From the NCBI RefSeq assembly GCF_964355755.1, contig NC_092679.1:12197432-12261431 (forward strand): 64,000 bases of DNA, written 5' to 3'. Positions within the stretch are counted from its first letter, which is position 1; every line of letters starts with the position of its first letter. The DNA is from Antedon mediterranea (lineage: Eukaryota; Animalia; Echinodermata). The translations under genes and the position numbers were made by a program. Of the stretch, positions 1 to 14,536 are shown piece by piece. Under the pieces are notes generated by a model that saw only the letters and a list, made by a program, of their open reading frames with translations, did no database searches and was not told the origin of the DNA.

Positions 1-2324
1 CAAAATAACATATTTTCAATGCCCAAAATAACATTTTATATAACATGTGCACAACATGTCATATTATATAAAATTTGATCATTCCACAAATGCAAAAATA
101 TTTTTTGTTTTGTTTTTGCGATGTAGACAGGCTACTGATACCCACAATGACGTTTGTAAGTAATGTGTTTGTGTGTTGTCGTCAATAACCATCATGAATG
201 AGTTGTGCCCTGAGAAGTGTATGCAACGTTCTATGGACAACAGCCAAAGAGTATAACAGCAATTGTGACAGATTCACAATTCAGATATAGTTTATTATTC
301 TAATTTTCTAACTTTAAAGAAATGTGATGTGCCCATATATGGACATGATAATGTCAATACCATATTTAAGCATATCACTATATTTGGGTATATTTTTGTA
401 AAACTAGTTTGAAAGTGTAGACAAGTTATTTTAAAATTAGATGCAATTATCTTGAATGTTCAAACCTTAAAAATGTAAGAGATACACATTTTAACTTACT
501 AAAAATTGATTTATTGTATTGTGGTTGTGATACATTTTGGGAAAATTTTAGAAGTGGTACAATCGAATATCAACATCATATTTTACTTGATGACCTTTAT
601 TTAGAATTTCCATTTGAGAGAATAGGTGAAATTGTAGATTATCACTATACTAATTACTAACAATACTTAACTGCTGCATAGAAAGACTATACACTTAATA
701 TATAATATATAAATATTTACCGCACACCATATTATCTACTAACTTATATTTTACCATTTATCAAATTCAATAATATATATATTATTATTTTTTAATTTTG
801 TCTTTCTCCAAAATTATATAATCTAACCTAAATCTAAATAAAATAATACAGTACTCACTAAATAGTATAATAAAAATAGTATCACGTTTAATTAAATTAC
901 AATAACTATTAAAATTAAATATAATAAGAACAAATAATCATATAATAGTTGCATTTATTTTATTAAGAACAGTATAATAAAATTGATTATAAATTATATA
1001 TTTTTTTAATAATAATAATGATAATATTCGCTTTAAACTTAAAAATTGTAATAATACTGACTACAAAAATAATGATAATAATAAATAGATGATAACATTA
1101 ACTCCATCATCTAGGTTAAGTATTGTTCAATCTGTAAGATTACCTTGTTTTTACTATTTCATTTTACTTGTATAATTCGCTTCTTATTTAAGACTTAAAT
1201 GAATATTTTTGATACTTTTCTTTTTGTTTTTACATTGCCTTATAAACGCGTGCCGCTGATACAGAAGCGTGTGTTCAATAAATTTATATTTATCTCTTAT
1301 CTTATCTTTGAAAATCCTGAATAGGCCTACTGTTTGATTAGTCCTCATTTTATGCAGACATCCTACCCCTTCTTATCGTGAAGTGTTTTTAAGAAACCCT
1401 CTTCATGCTTATTTTAAATATCTTTAAAAAAATGTATGTTCAATAATGTTTAAAAAGCCTGAATCACTTGTCTTAAATGATCAGACTCTTCCATTTTACT
1501 TTAAGGGTGTACAATAATCGTTAATAATAATTTTGTTATAACTATTATGATAGATTTATTGATTGTATATCGTATTTATCATTTCCAAATACATGGATAA
1601 TTTCTTAATTTGTTCTTGAAGATCAATTTGCTGTAAATTAGAATTCGCGTTGAGTTACCAGTTTGAATAAACTCACTGTAGCGTATCATGAAACAACCCA
1701 ACAATTCGTGCGTATCAATTCAACAGTTGTAGTTTGGCAGATCAGACGATTGCACACAGGAGGTGAGTTAGTTGTGATCATACAGTTAGACAATTACTTA
1801 CGAAAATACACTACACCAGGCATGACAGTTTTACTATGGTAAGTTCAAATAAAGCAAGTTACTGATAACGGAATTTAATCATAGAAATGGTCAAGAAATA
1901 GCTTAATTATGTCATTGGAAAGAGGTTTAAGCTAGCCTATCTAAAGGAAAGCATTCCCTAACTAAAGTCGTAAGTAGGGCCTATAAGTGTCGTGTCTGGT
2001 GGTGATGGTAGACCATTGTTGGTTACAGGTTGGTGGTGTGGGTTAGCCTACTAACTTCTAATCCTGAGATTAATATCGCGATCGATCCTAATATCGGATT
2101 AATAATATTATCAGATTAATATCCACTGTGAAAATAATTTACCAACAGTTTTAAAAAAACCTGGTAACTGACTCACTCAAAGTGATTTTGCATAGATTGC
2201 TAAAAGTAGTATGCTATAAGTACTATCATGGTACTATAGAAAGTAAAGGAATCCAAATGTCCTTGTACTTTACAAATTCAGGAAAGGAACAGCAATTTGA
2301 TAATAAGCACAATTCGAACATGAA

Positions 2325-2768
2325 TACGCCAAGGAGGTATATGTAGTCGAACGCATGTGTCTGTTTGTTTTCGCAAGATCTTTACCAAAATTAAATTTTT
2401 ATTAATTTTACTGTTATTTTCAGACCTGCTAGTGTTAAAAGATAGACAATTTGCAAAAGCCGGCGAGCAGTCGCTTAAAGTAACAAGTAAACTTAAATTG
2501 TATTTTCTCGAGAACTACTTGTCCAAAAAACCTAATTTTTTAAAAACCTATTTCTTTTCATACACACACCCTTTTATTTTTGTTGGCGCTGTTCTATTGT
2601 TAGTCGAAAGGCTGGTTATGTAATCATTACACCAAACTAGCAATTTTGTAGTGAAATTAGCCTTTATCACACGAAGTATTAAACACTAAAATAAAAAAAA
2701 TGTTTCCGGAGAATTTTACAGTACAGAGTAGACGGAAGGGTATGCACTCTCGAAATGCCAGTCTAGTT
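2325..2768 (+). mobile_element. Deleted, diverged copy of the HINE-like element
   Basis: Shares CGCCAAGGAGGTAT, TTTTCAGACCTGCTAGTGTTAAAAGATAG and the 3' CACTCTCG...CTAGTT end with 37611-38300. Confidence 0.72.
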
Positions 2769-5461
2769 AATAATTATACATCAACATATTGAGCAGAAGG
2801 TTCCGTGTTCGATTCTTGGTTGGGAGCAGCTTTTTCTCATTCTCACAGATTTCTTATTTATTGCCAAACACATGAGAAATGAAGATTAATGAAAAAAACA
2901 CTTAGGTCATTTCGTAGTTTTAATATAGTTAATCACTTCCGTAGAAAAAAAACTTAAAAAGACAAAATAAACAGTTAAATTAAACCAAAAACTCATTCCA
3001 GTCAATTTGAATACTTTTTCTTTTAGTTAAATTATTTCACATAAATAAATTTGGTTTTTTTTCGATTATTATTATTATTTCAACTATTATGTGACATTAA
3101 AATGATATATTCAAAAACAAAAACATCTAAAAAAATATTTTTTCAGGGGGAAAATATATCTTTAACCATTTATAATTAATTAGAAGACATAATGTTGGTA
3201 ACCAAACTGGAACCAAACATGATTGTTATCACAAAAAAAATTGTTTTAACACTTCATTCTTTATTGGCCATATTCATACATAACGACCAAAAAGAACATG
3301 ATGAATATTTGTCCTTAGTGTCTTTGTTACGATTTGCACTACAAGGATTTTCTTCCATTATCCATTCCATAAATGGCGACTGATATACACAGTGACCTAT
3401 TGAGCTGGGCAGACAATAGGAAATTGCAATTTGGAATAATTATTAGAATTTGTGTATAAAAACCAATTTCTCAACTTGCATTGCTGCTTGAAGCAAACTG
3501 GGACAAAATGACCCACAAAACCACCAAAGGAGAAACCTTTGCAATGATGTCATAGTCTACAGATGGATGTAGGAAGCCTATCATATCAAAAAATTATTTT
3601 AATTTAGAATTTCAAAACTTTATACTGTGCAAATCAGTTTGACAAAATGAACATATCGACTTTAAGTTCTGTGAATGCAAAATAACTTTGGTAGTTGATG
3701 TGATGAAAAGAAAGTTTTTGTTTCCACACAAGAAAGATACATCATTGACATCATCATCTGATGTCAAATTGATCATGTCTGTCATGAGTGACCCACGACA
3801 GGAAGCTCTTTATACAGACAGGTTCTTCGAAGAAGACTGCTGTGAAGCCATGTTCCCATTCAAAACATTCTTGAGATCTGAATTGGTTATAAAATTGTTC
3901 TCATAATAAAATAAAAAAAAATATACACATTATGTAAAAGAATACTTTCAATTCATACTGATTATCGTTTAATTAAAATTATTGGCTGGTGGTAGCGACA
4001 GGTAAAGTCAGCAAAATTATTTTGTTTTATGTTTTAAATTCAATTAATCTGTTTAACTTATGCAATTGTAATTGATCACAGTATAAACATATAGTGTATA
4101 TACAGTAGTATTAATTACTTGTTGTCCTTAAAGTACTGTATTAGTCTTAAATGTCCAATATATTTCATTTCTCGTCTTGCAAAATTAAATGGTTAATACC
4201 AGTTAATACTGTACTTCACTCCTTGTACCTCTTTGACAGATCATGGAGAAATAAGTACTCTAATTCTCAATAGATAGACATTATCACAAACAAAAGTTGT
4301 TAAACAATTTGTTTATGATAAATACCTGTTAGCATTGCTCTTGTATCTCCATTCATAAATATACAGTAAACAGCCAATGTTTACATATACGGTATACTAC
4401 AGTATAACCATGGCTAATGTTAATTTGATTGTTTAAGGGGCCATGCATATTGCGTTTGATCAAATAAAAGTATAAAATAGATATATATATATATATATGT
4501 TTACCTATACGGTATGCTAAATTAAAGTATAAAATAGATACAGTATATATAATACAGTACTGTATAACCTTAAAATAATAAAGATTCGGAGGTACTGTAC
4601 TTGTAATTGATTGGTTGAATTTATTTGGTTCATACATAAAATACATTATAAAATAGACGAAAAACAGTACATCAAATTCAAAAGACTACACCAGAAAAGT
4701 ACTAAACAACAGAAGGTGTCAAACAATGGAAACAGAACAAAATGAACCAAGGATAATTAGATAAAGTGTCACATTTTCAGTGTAACTTATTTCCATCTAA
4801 GTCCTTGTGTACATTTAACTGAGACATTGACATGTAATTGGGAACGCACCTTTTTAAAAAAAAAATAATTCTGATAATAAATGTATATTTGGTGTATTTT
4901 TTGGCAGCAGAAATCATGGATCTTAAAAATTTACTGTATACATTACAGATACCAATATATTGCATTGTATATTTTTACCATATTTTGCAACAGGCCCTAA
5001 AAGGTTGAGTGTACAGGCTATATATACAGTACTAGTGTTTCTTAACCTTATTACTTGGACTAAAATTCAATTTCCTAGGGTACAGTATATAAACTCTACA
5101 TATTTCCTAATTGTCTATTTCTTATTTGTCGACTACCTTCTATTATTAAATAGATCTTGACAATTAAATTCTAATTGATTTATTGTTAATGTAATTAGTG
5201 TCATGGAAACTAAAATTACCATAAATTTTGTTTTCATTATTGATGGATACTTAAGTATCTTCAATAATCCATTGAGATTAAAAAGGTTTTACTACGAATC
5301 CAATGGAAGCTTTAGAAATCTTCAGTCAATTCCAAATCGATTCAAGTGGCCAACAAGTGGTTATAGGCAAAATCACCACAACCTACAATAAAGCTGTGTA
5401 CTGTATAGGTTCTTCTCATTAGTGTTGAAAGTTTTGTTCAGAGGTCCAGGGTACACACATC

Positions 5462-6056
5462 AATATGTGTTTTTTGTAATGTTTGTTTTTATGGTAATAC
5501 AATGCAAAAAGATAAAATTAAACTTAATCGAATAGGAAATAGAGCAATTAGACTAGTAGGAGAGCACTTACCTGATGTTGAATCCTTGTATAAAGAAAAT
5601 GTGTTAAAAAAAGTAAAAAGTATCATTGATGATGAAACACATCCTCTTCACAAACAATTTGCTCTCATGAATTCTGGCATAAGACTACGTGCACTTAATA
5701 CCAAAACAAAACGGTTTAGGTGCTCGTTTGTACCTAATGCTATACACTTATATAACTCCAGAGTACAAAGGTAAAATGTAACCGCTTTTGTTTATTTTTA
5801 TAGCTCACGCATGTATTTTTAATGCTTTTATATAAACTTTAAATCATCGTTAGTGCAATATAATAATAAATCATATAATATAATTAAATAATAATAATTT
5901 TTATCTAATTTTAACAATTTTTAGCCTCTTAACTTTTTGTGTGTGTTTTTGTAAATTGTATTTTACATTTTTGTATTTTGCCAGTTTTCAAATCACATTT
6001 CTGTTTTTTAAATGGACAATAAAGTATATATGACTATGACTATGACTATATGACAT
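5462..6056 (+). mobile_element. 5'-truncated Rex1/Babar-like LINE 3' end
   Basis: ORF end CFYGN...IIDDETHPLHKQF..MNSGIRLR...TKRFRCSFVPNAIHLYN; AATAAA followed by a (GACTAT)n tail. Confidence 0.8.
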
Positions 6057-7582
6057 ATCTGGCTCATGTGCACAATCTAAAGAACTCGCTACAGCTTTAT
6101 GAGAATACAGTAGGTGACTGACTACCCTGATGATGATTAAATTTAGCTATTTATTGAGCTATCTCTATGGTACAGTATTTCCAATCCATGTTACTATACA
6201 GTACAACATAGAGATATTATAGTGAACTACAATATTTACAATTATCAGTCAACTGTCGGAGCCAGCCAATCATATTCATGGCCAACTTTCTCACACAGAG
6301 ATGACATTTTAATGATGAGTTGTTATCTCAGTTGCTTACAAGCAATCTGCTTTCGAGCCAAGCCACCATGTCAACAACTGTATAAAAGCATTATTTGTCA
6401 TTAGGGGCGGAACCAGGATTTTGAAATAGTGGGGCCCAGGGCATTTAAAATATTGAAATGAATGGACACAATAAGTATTTGAGCCACAGGGATAGATAAA
6501 AATATTTAGAAAATTCAATAGAAACATGAAAAGTAACTAAAAATTAAATGCAAAGTATGTAAATATTGATTTAGGTAAAATACTGCACAATTTTCAGTAT
6601 GTTGAAATTAAAGTTGGCATAATAAAGCTAGTAGTAAGTAGTTAGTAAGACTAATTATACATTTTATAATCAATATTACACAAATTTTTTAGATGCATAC
6701 TGTACATTATAATTTTAATTAAAATCACATCCCCTGTCATCTGTTTATCCCACTCTGTTTTGTTTCCATTTGAATTATTATTTTTTAAATTAATTTGTGT
6801 TTTTTGGTAAACTTAGTTTTTTATCCTTCCATGTTTGATGTAGATTTAAATTAAAAATACATTAACATTTTTAATGTTCTGTATAGATCCCTCTCCATTG
6901 TTATTTTTAACATTGTAATACGTTTTGATTTATAGGTAAAGACATAATTCCATTACATGTTATGTGATAAACAAAAAATAAAATTATTCATTTTATAATG
7001 TTATGCTTAACAGTTTTTGTTAGTCAATTCGTAATTTTGATGTATCATATAAAGCATGAAATTATTCATGAGAGTGTTGAATTATGCACTAGTATAATAA
7101 ATGTATAACAATAATGTAGATTTAGTTGTTAAGGTAATTCATTTTGCTATATATTTGCGGACATCATTGTGTTAGTTGTTAATTGATATCATAAAGCATA
7201 AGATTATTCATGTACAGTATATTGTTATGTACATAAATAAATAATAATATTAATAGGATAGGCTTTAATTGTGTGGTATTATATAATTGGTATAAATATA
7301 CTTTTAATGCACTTCCTTCCTTGCCAATTGATTTTGGTGTGGGTATAACACACCTGAGTATTAGTTCTAATAAAAAATGAAAATTGATATCTTAATGTTG
7401 ATATTATTGAACGACACTAACATTTAGATTTCCTGTTTTTCAAGGTTTTTCAAAAAATGAAGGCCGGCTTTTTATCCATGGAGAAGATAAATGCGATAGG
7501 TATAATTAATTTTTCACAGGATAGTGTTTTTTCCTACAAAAAGAATTAACAATGAGGTTAATTGCAAATAGCGTGCACGATG

Positions 7583-7721
7583 CAGGGCAGTATGCAGGAT
7601 TTTATTTGGGTGGGTGCGGATTAATATATTTTGGACCATTTTCATAATATAATGTATAATACACTACAGATTTATTTTGGGTGGGGCGGGGTGCGTATGC
7701 ACCCCCCTGCGTACGGCCCTG
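7583..7721. mobile_element. Short hAT-like MITE
   Basis: CAGGGCAGTATGCAGG...CCTGCGTACGGCCCTG imperfect TIRs; flanks CGATG / TGATG. Confidence 0.55.
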
Positions 7722-8110
7722 TGATGCATGATGGGAAGGGTTTGGGAGCAAATGTCACAACACGTACATACATGATTTGTTTTTTGTACGTATGCTTCAT
7801 GACATTTGCTTCCAAACCCATCCCATCAGGCATTGTTTAATGACGTTCCTTATGAAATCAAGCTTTTGCGCGAAACCTTATACTGTACATAAGTATAACA
7901 TTTTTTTTAAAGTGCCGATCGGCTATTCCACTGAACACCGGGCATCTAACATACGCACAATTTATTTTCCCACAGTTACAGTAGTCATGTGTGTATACCG
8001 GCAGAAAAAGTATGATAATCATTTCTAGCGCGCTACATACAAATAGAAATGTCGTAATGGCCATTTATTATTACTTTTATATCATTTTCCAGTTATACAG
8101 GGGTGACATC

Positions 8111-8218
8111 TAAGTTCACCTCGCCACCATGAGAAGGGCTGTGGCTCAACTACCTGTAATTCATTTCTCACCATTGTCAGCTCTAAAATTGACACTGACA
8201 TTTTGTATTTTAATACTA
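8111..8218. repeat. Unclassified ~110-bp interspersed repeat (second copy at about 33411-33526)
   Basis: TTCACCTCGCCA.CATGAGAAGGGCTGTGGCTCAACTA...CATTTCTCACC.TTGTCAGCTCT is shared by both copies. Confidence 0.75.
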
Positions 8219-8860
8219 CGGAAATCTTTCATCAAGACTAGAATTTAATTAATTAAAAGCAGTTTTAGAAGTGTAAAGTTGTGTATGGAACTTTCCTTTT
8301 AAGATCAAAGAAGTAGAAAGATCATGTTTCTAATTTGTGCTGTGTTTATAATTACCCTTTGTTATACTGGAACTACACACTTATAATAGCCTATACACAA
8401 TTTGTTGTTATCGGCTAAGTATTGATTAATGAAAAGATGAAGTACTTAGTGTATTGATTGATAATATAAACCATAAACGTACAGTAAATAACATGTAGAA
8501 TAGGTACAGAATGCACATAAGTTACTATGGAAACTATAGATATATGGAAATAGATTAAACTACACAAAGAACAAATTGATGGGAACTCTCAAGTGTGATA
8601 AACAGTAGTACATCTTAATAGTTACAAGATATCAATGAAGAAATTTGAATGTATCTACTATAAATCAGACTGTTAGCGTTTTCTCATGATTTAGGTAAAA
8701 CAAGTGAATATGGCAAAAAAGAATTATTGCAAAACAATTTCAAAGTTTCATGATAATACTACAGAATGTTATATCATAGAGATGTTTTAGTTTAGGCCGA
8801 TGTCGGTTGTGAACGACAATGTCAATTAGAGTTACATTCATCTGAATGGTGGATGAAACT

Positions 8861-9005
8861 AAGCCAGGACTGTTTAAAGCACATCTTTGATTGGTCCTAA
8901 CATTGATCAAGGGCTTCTCTCGTCTATTGCACACCTTGACCACAGGAGAGGCATGGGCCAATACATCTGATGCAGACACTACTGTAGATGCTGGGGATGC
9001 CATAA
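8861..9005 (-). mobile_element. 5'-truncated, diverged copy of the 5S-SINE body
   Basis: AAGCCAGGACTGTTTAAAGCAC...GATTGGTCCTAACATTGATCAAGGGCTTCTCTCGTC matches the body of the other two copies. No 5S head is present. Confidence 0.8.
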
Positions 9006-9416
9006 TGATTTGTTTTACATTACACACCTACTTTTAACGAGAGGCTAGGCCAAATGACATTGCACTCTCGGTGATGTAATTAAGAATTCAATATAACATG
9101 TATTGAATAGCAAGTGACCCATAATCCTCCAATCAAATGACAAGATTCTACTTCGGTGTGATTTGCTGTTACAATAGATGAAATACTGGATATGCTGCTA
9201 TATGAAGCCAAGTAGTTTAAATACGGCCATTATAAATTTATTATGTTTACTTTATATAATTCAACTACTGTTCATGTTGCATAGAGATATTATATTATTG
9301 CATCACCTTTCTATGATTGAACTTTTACCAAATAATTTAAAAATGTATTTTTTTTGTTTTTTTGCAGGCAATTGGTTAATGATTAGCTGCATGTAGAATT
9401 TTTATACATTACAACA

Positions 9417-9747
9417 ATGGAGGAAGACACCAACAGTGGAAGCGTTACAGGGCGCAAATTGTTTATTTTGTGGTTGGTTTTCTTCTGTTACCTTCTACTT
9501 GGTGGATTAATTTTTAATGTGTTAGAAAAACAAAACGAAGATGAGCAGAGAGAAATAGCAAGACTTGTCAAACATAGTTTTTTGAACAATTACACTTGTT
9601 TAGATTCGGAAGCATTAGAAGAACTGATTGATTCTCTGATGGTTATTCAAAGCAACGGTGTGGATCCACGTGGAAATGCTACATCCCCATCCAAGTGGGA
9701 TTTTACAAGTTCTCTATTCTTTAGTGGAACTGTAGTTACAACTATTG
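9417..9747 (+). CDS. K2P potassium channel (TALK/KCNK16-like), first coding exon: M1, cap and P1 helix up to TI-G
   Basis: Translation includes YLLLGGLIFNVLEK (M1), LNNYTCLD (cap Cys), GVDPRGNATSPSKWDF and FFSGTVVTTIG. It ends ACT ATT G|gtgagt (phase-1 donor at 9748). An upstream acceptor tttgcag at 9361-9367 implies a non-coding 5' exon. Confidence 0.95.
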
Positions 9748-11558
9748 GTGAGTTTGATTCAAATTCAAGTTTTACCATATATTACCATTGCTGAATAATT
9801 TTATTCCATCATTTCTGTGTTGTTGGTTTGTATTTTATTGTTTATTTTTTGGTTTGCATGTCATTGTCAATAATCAATGATGGATTTTATTGAATTATAT
9901 GTATCAGTTATATATTACTTTCAAGTTTGGTTTAATGGAACAAGGTATATATACATAAATTACTTTTTATGTTTAATAAAAACTTTGTTTAAAAAAGTTA
10001 GTTTAAATGCTATTCTAATTATGTGTAAAAATAATGAATCATTTTAAAAATAACTTATTCATTGAAATCATTTAAACAATAGAGATAAAATGCAATAGAA
10101 ACGATGTTATGCTTTTAACATTGTAATTAAGTTTTTTTAATTCCACATAAAATGTTCACCATCCACTGTCATCATATTATTATTATCATATAAGTGATTA
10201 AGAAGTCAAATTTGGTCTCTCTTGCATACTAATCCAAACCCTAATTATATCAGCATTTCTAATCCTGTAGTTACAATCAAAATATATTAATTTAGAATGC
10301 CTATCTATTTCATACCGTATCCTTTATCACTGTATTAGATTGAAATTTCATTATTTACTTTGCCTTTGGGAAATGTCATGATTCAATCTGGTCATGTCAA
10401 CTTCATACTTTACACAGAATTATAACATTTAACACAGAATCTTAAAAGCTGATGTTGATGGAGATCTGTATCTTTTCTTCAGTGTGTATATCATACTCCT
10501 CACTCAATGAATGTTTGCGCAATTTAAAAGCGTCTTTTGATGGGTTGGCATTATTTTGAATGAGAAATATAGGACATAATCAAATTATTAAAGTTTTCAT
10601 GTATATTATTGTCACACAGTATTTACAGTTGCTGTTAGTAAAATATCGAAATTGATACCAAGTGGTACTTGTCCGATACTAGTCTGGGCTCCAGACGGAG
10701 TTTTGTCTTAATATTAGTGAAAATATAAATATTTTTGCACATACTGTATGGCATTTCATACGTATTACTTGAGTTTGGATACTCTGTCTGGGGAAACATG
10801 CACAAGTCACGTGGTTTGACACCAAGAATTCTTGGTGCATAGATTTTCCAGTTGACTAGTTTCAGCCGCATGCGATTGGCTACTCACTCGTACACTGTTT
10901 TAATATTCATATTTTAGAATTTCAAAGACTCAACAACTAAGATGATACGCATGCGCTATGTTACGTTTAGACAATGTGTGGAGACGTACACACGTGTGTA
11001 CTTTTGTACGTTGATGAAAGTTTCTGAAGGCTAGAATTGATTTTATATGCCTAGTAGTCTGGTAAACATTTGATGGGATTTTCTCCAAGAACATGAAAAC
11101 TCTTCTTGATAATGATAGGCTAGCTTCTCCGCAAATCTAACATTGAATGGATTTATTATGCGGAGATTATTTAATTCCCACCCAGACCCTATCCTCCTAG
11201 CCTGTCCTGTCTGTGTGGTGGTGTAGCTCTGTTGTGTGCCGGTGGTGGTATGTACCTTATTGACGTTTTATGGCAGGTCATAGGCCTACGTACGAGTTGA
11301 GTTGGCCTACGAAGGAGGCCTAGACAATTTGGCAAAACAACTTGGCAACACGATTTAATATTTCATCAGTTGTTCATTCTCGATCGTACATTCAGCACTG
11401 TACTGTACTCGATCTTTTTATTTTAAAACAAAATGCCCCATATATCCAAATACGATATGATAGCCTACGTCATTCTTATCGGATGTTTCGGTCTGCAAAT
11501 CAATTTCTATACGTGTTTCACAAGTCTGTATTTTCAGACAAAAAGCAAAACGATGACG

Positions 11559-13244
11559 CAGGGCTGCAAATTAAGGGGTATTTGGTCGCATTTGCGACCT
11601 AATTTTTCTGTTTGCGACTAAAGAAACAGAATAGGTCGCGCATAGCGCGACAAGATCGTCTGCTTGTGCGAGTTGTTTCAAATTGAAGTCGGGTGTGTTT
11701 TCCCTATTTCAAACACTGTGTAATTTAATCTCTCTTAGTAAGTAACAAGGTGGGAAAATTATTATTTAATGTGTTATTTTTGACTGGCGGAGGAGGACCA
11801 ATTTGTACATTACTAAGAAATATATAATATAATAGTTTTTATTCGTAAATATTTCATTCGTGTGTGTTTTTTTACTCTCAACGGCGAATATAAATTTCCC
11901 ACAACGTAAACGTAGAGACACGATCCAACACAATGAACTATGCCAACTAATAAAAATAATATAGCGAACGTCCAGTCGATCCAGAAACATGCAAACAAAA
12001 AGATCGTAAACAATTCATTCTAAATATAGTATCAGAACGTTCAATCGGTCGCTCAAAAAGACTGCCGACAGAAGACCGTAATTAATACAGACCTAGTTTT
12101 TTGGTCACATGTCATGAAACGCGATACTCTGTTTTACCACCACCGCCAAACCTCTCGCATGTTTTTTTTACTCTCGGTACGAGGGGGATGGCTACAAAAC
12201 AGTGTACCTGAATTTTGCGTCACATGAAACGTAATACAGCTCTAAACTGTTCCCACGGTTCGCACGTTTTTCCCCTCCAAATTCTGGTCGGGTCTTTTGT
12301 CGTAATAATAATTTACAAAGGCCTATGTTAAATCTTAACATGGAATATATATTTATTCTACATGTATTTTGTTGGTGTCCTAGCCAAGGTGTTGTTTTTA
12401 TAATTCGCTAAACCAAGGTAGGATTGAATCATGTAGGCCGCTGAAACTCTCTCTGCGTGAGCTGAGGGCCTCGGGCCCGATTTCGTCTCGTCGGCGGATG
12501 TCCTGCCAAATTAGGACAACCGATGTGTAGGGCGGCTACAAAAATTAACGTCTAGGATTTTAATTAGCCAACAATACATGTTTGTTTCCATTGTTTATGC
12601 TCCTAACTAAAGGCGATGACATTGGTGTTTACAAATTACTAACCCTACGAACCACCGTACGATCGACGCGTAGATATTATCATAAAATCGTAGGCATGGC
12701 AACGAACAATATTTTGGAAATTACAGAATATGTTTAGCCATGGAGGAAATAGCGAACAATGACCTACGATCTATTTACGCGTAGGCTACGAAAGGTTACG
12801 CGAAGCAGTAATTTCTTTCTGTACCGTAAAAATAATAATTAATAGATCTTGCGTGAATATAAGTGGCGCATCATCAGGACCAGTGCCTAAATGTGCATAA
12901 CCCAAATTAATTGAATTCTTCAGTGCTGAATTTTTATGTGCTCAGAAATCGATTGAAACAACCTATAATTACTCAAAAATCTCCCCCCCCCCCCTCCAAA
13001 AGCGGGGCCATTGGCGGCCCCCCTGACCCCCAGCCTAAGGTTGTACTGTATTTCATTTTTATACACCCCCCCCCTCCCCCCACTAAACTAAAAACGGATC
13101 TGCGCGGATGGGGTTTGAGGGAAGGGGGTTAGTTGTCGATGAAAAGGTGCTACTAAAAAAATTGGTGATGCTACCAAAAATTATTATGAGCCATCATACA
13201 AATTTGATAGTGCTACCAAGTAAAAAAGTTAATTTGCAGCCCTG
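11559..13244. mobile_element. Non-autonomous hAT-like TIR element
   Basis: Perfect 16-bp TIR CAGGGCTGCAAATTAA / TTAATTTGCAGCCCTG, with subterminal GCGAC and GCTAC repeats. No clean 8-bp TSD was seen. Confidence 0.72.
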
Positions 13245-14536
13245 ACGTGCAAAATGACATAACAAAGACAGTAAAATTAATACAGACTTGGAGCAAGTCT
13301 AGTCCGACACATACAGTACTGTATTAATGAACATTTTAGGATTATTGAAAATTTAGCTTGATTGCACAACATGTGTCCTCAAAATTTAATTGATTGATTT
13401 GTATCATGTGCTGTTGAAGTCCCACTCAGCTGTTGGTAAACATTTTGAGAATTCTGTTTGATGGTGTACCGTAGACTGGTGAATAATCATAATCAAAATC
13501 TATCTATAACTGCAGGTCTACTTCGCAACCAAATCCTGAGTGCCTCCTTTTTGTGAGAATGCCTCCAAATTTATTCAAAATGAAAGTGCAAATGATTATA
13601 TGAATAAAAGTTTTAATTTAAAACAGCAGTTGTATTTAATACAAGACAACTGAATGTACTGTATTCTTTGAAAGCCTTCCATTTTCCTATTCAACTTTGC
13701 TCTGACAAAGGCAGCAATTCAAATAATAAAAAATACTGTTGTTTTTCTTTTGTGACAGACTCTACTGTAGATTACTTTTTAAGATTATTAACATGTGCCT
13801 TCCAAGTTGATCAATTGTTGTGGTTATTTAATGTTGCTCATTAACCAAAGGAATTCATTTATGGTATGAAAAAAAAACAATTAAATTTCATTAAGATTTT
13901 AATTAATATTCACAAGCATTTTAGTAGTGTACTGTAATCCACACACCATACAGTGATGCTTGGTGAATTACAGAAGCTTATGAAACTATTTAACGATCTA
14001 CAAAAGATGTTTTTACTGTTTTAAAAGTAAAATGTAAAATGACTCGTTATAGTCATCCTAAAATGTAATCTACTTTGTCAACAAAAAAAATGTTTCATGT
14101 AAGATTAAAATGCATTAGAAGCAAGTGAATATTTGTACATTGATGAACTGGTAGTGTAACTATAGTAATGCACTTTGTATAAGTACTTCATATTATGTTT
14201 TTCTTGTATTTGCCTATGAAAGATGATAGTGAATGGCTTAGCATTTTCAATCTATAATGGGTTTTATTAAAATTTATATTTTGAATAATAATTCGAAATT
14301 GTTATGTTCATAAACTAGATCTTGAATAATAGCCCCTTTCATACAGAGAGATGTGAAATGGTGGTATTGAGATGATTTGTCCAAGTGATGTCTCTGGTGT
14401 TAGACAACTTTTGGACTTATAGTATATAGTCACATTCCTTTCAGTAGGCCTAATTACTGTCACAGTTTTTGATTTGTGAGAAAGGAATTGCTCTATATGC
14501 CTGTTGATGTAGCATAGTATAACGGATTAAAATCGG

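Noticed and set aside
3190-3910. Coding-looking stretch with ORFs 3192-3383 and 3688-3906
   Set aside because: No recognisable domain or consistent splice pattern on either strand, so no call can be supported.
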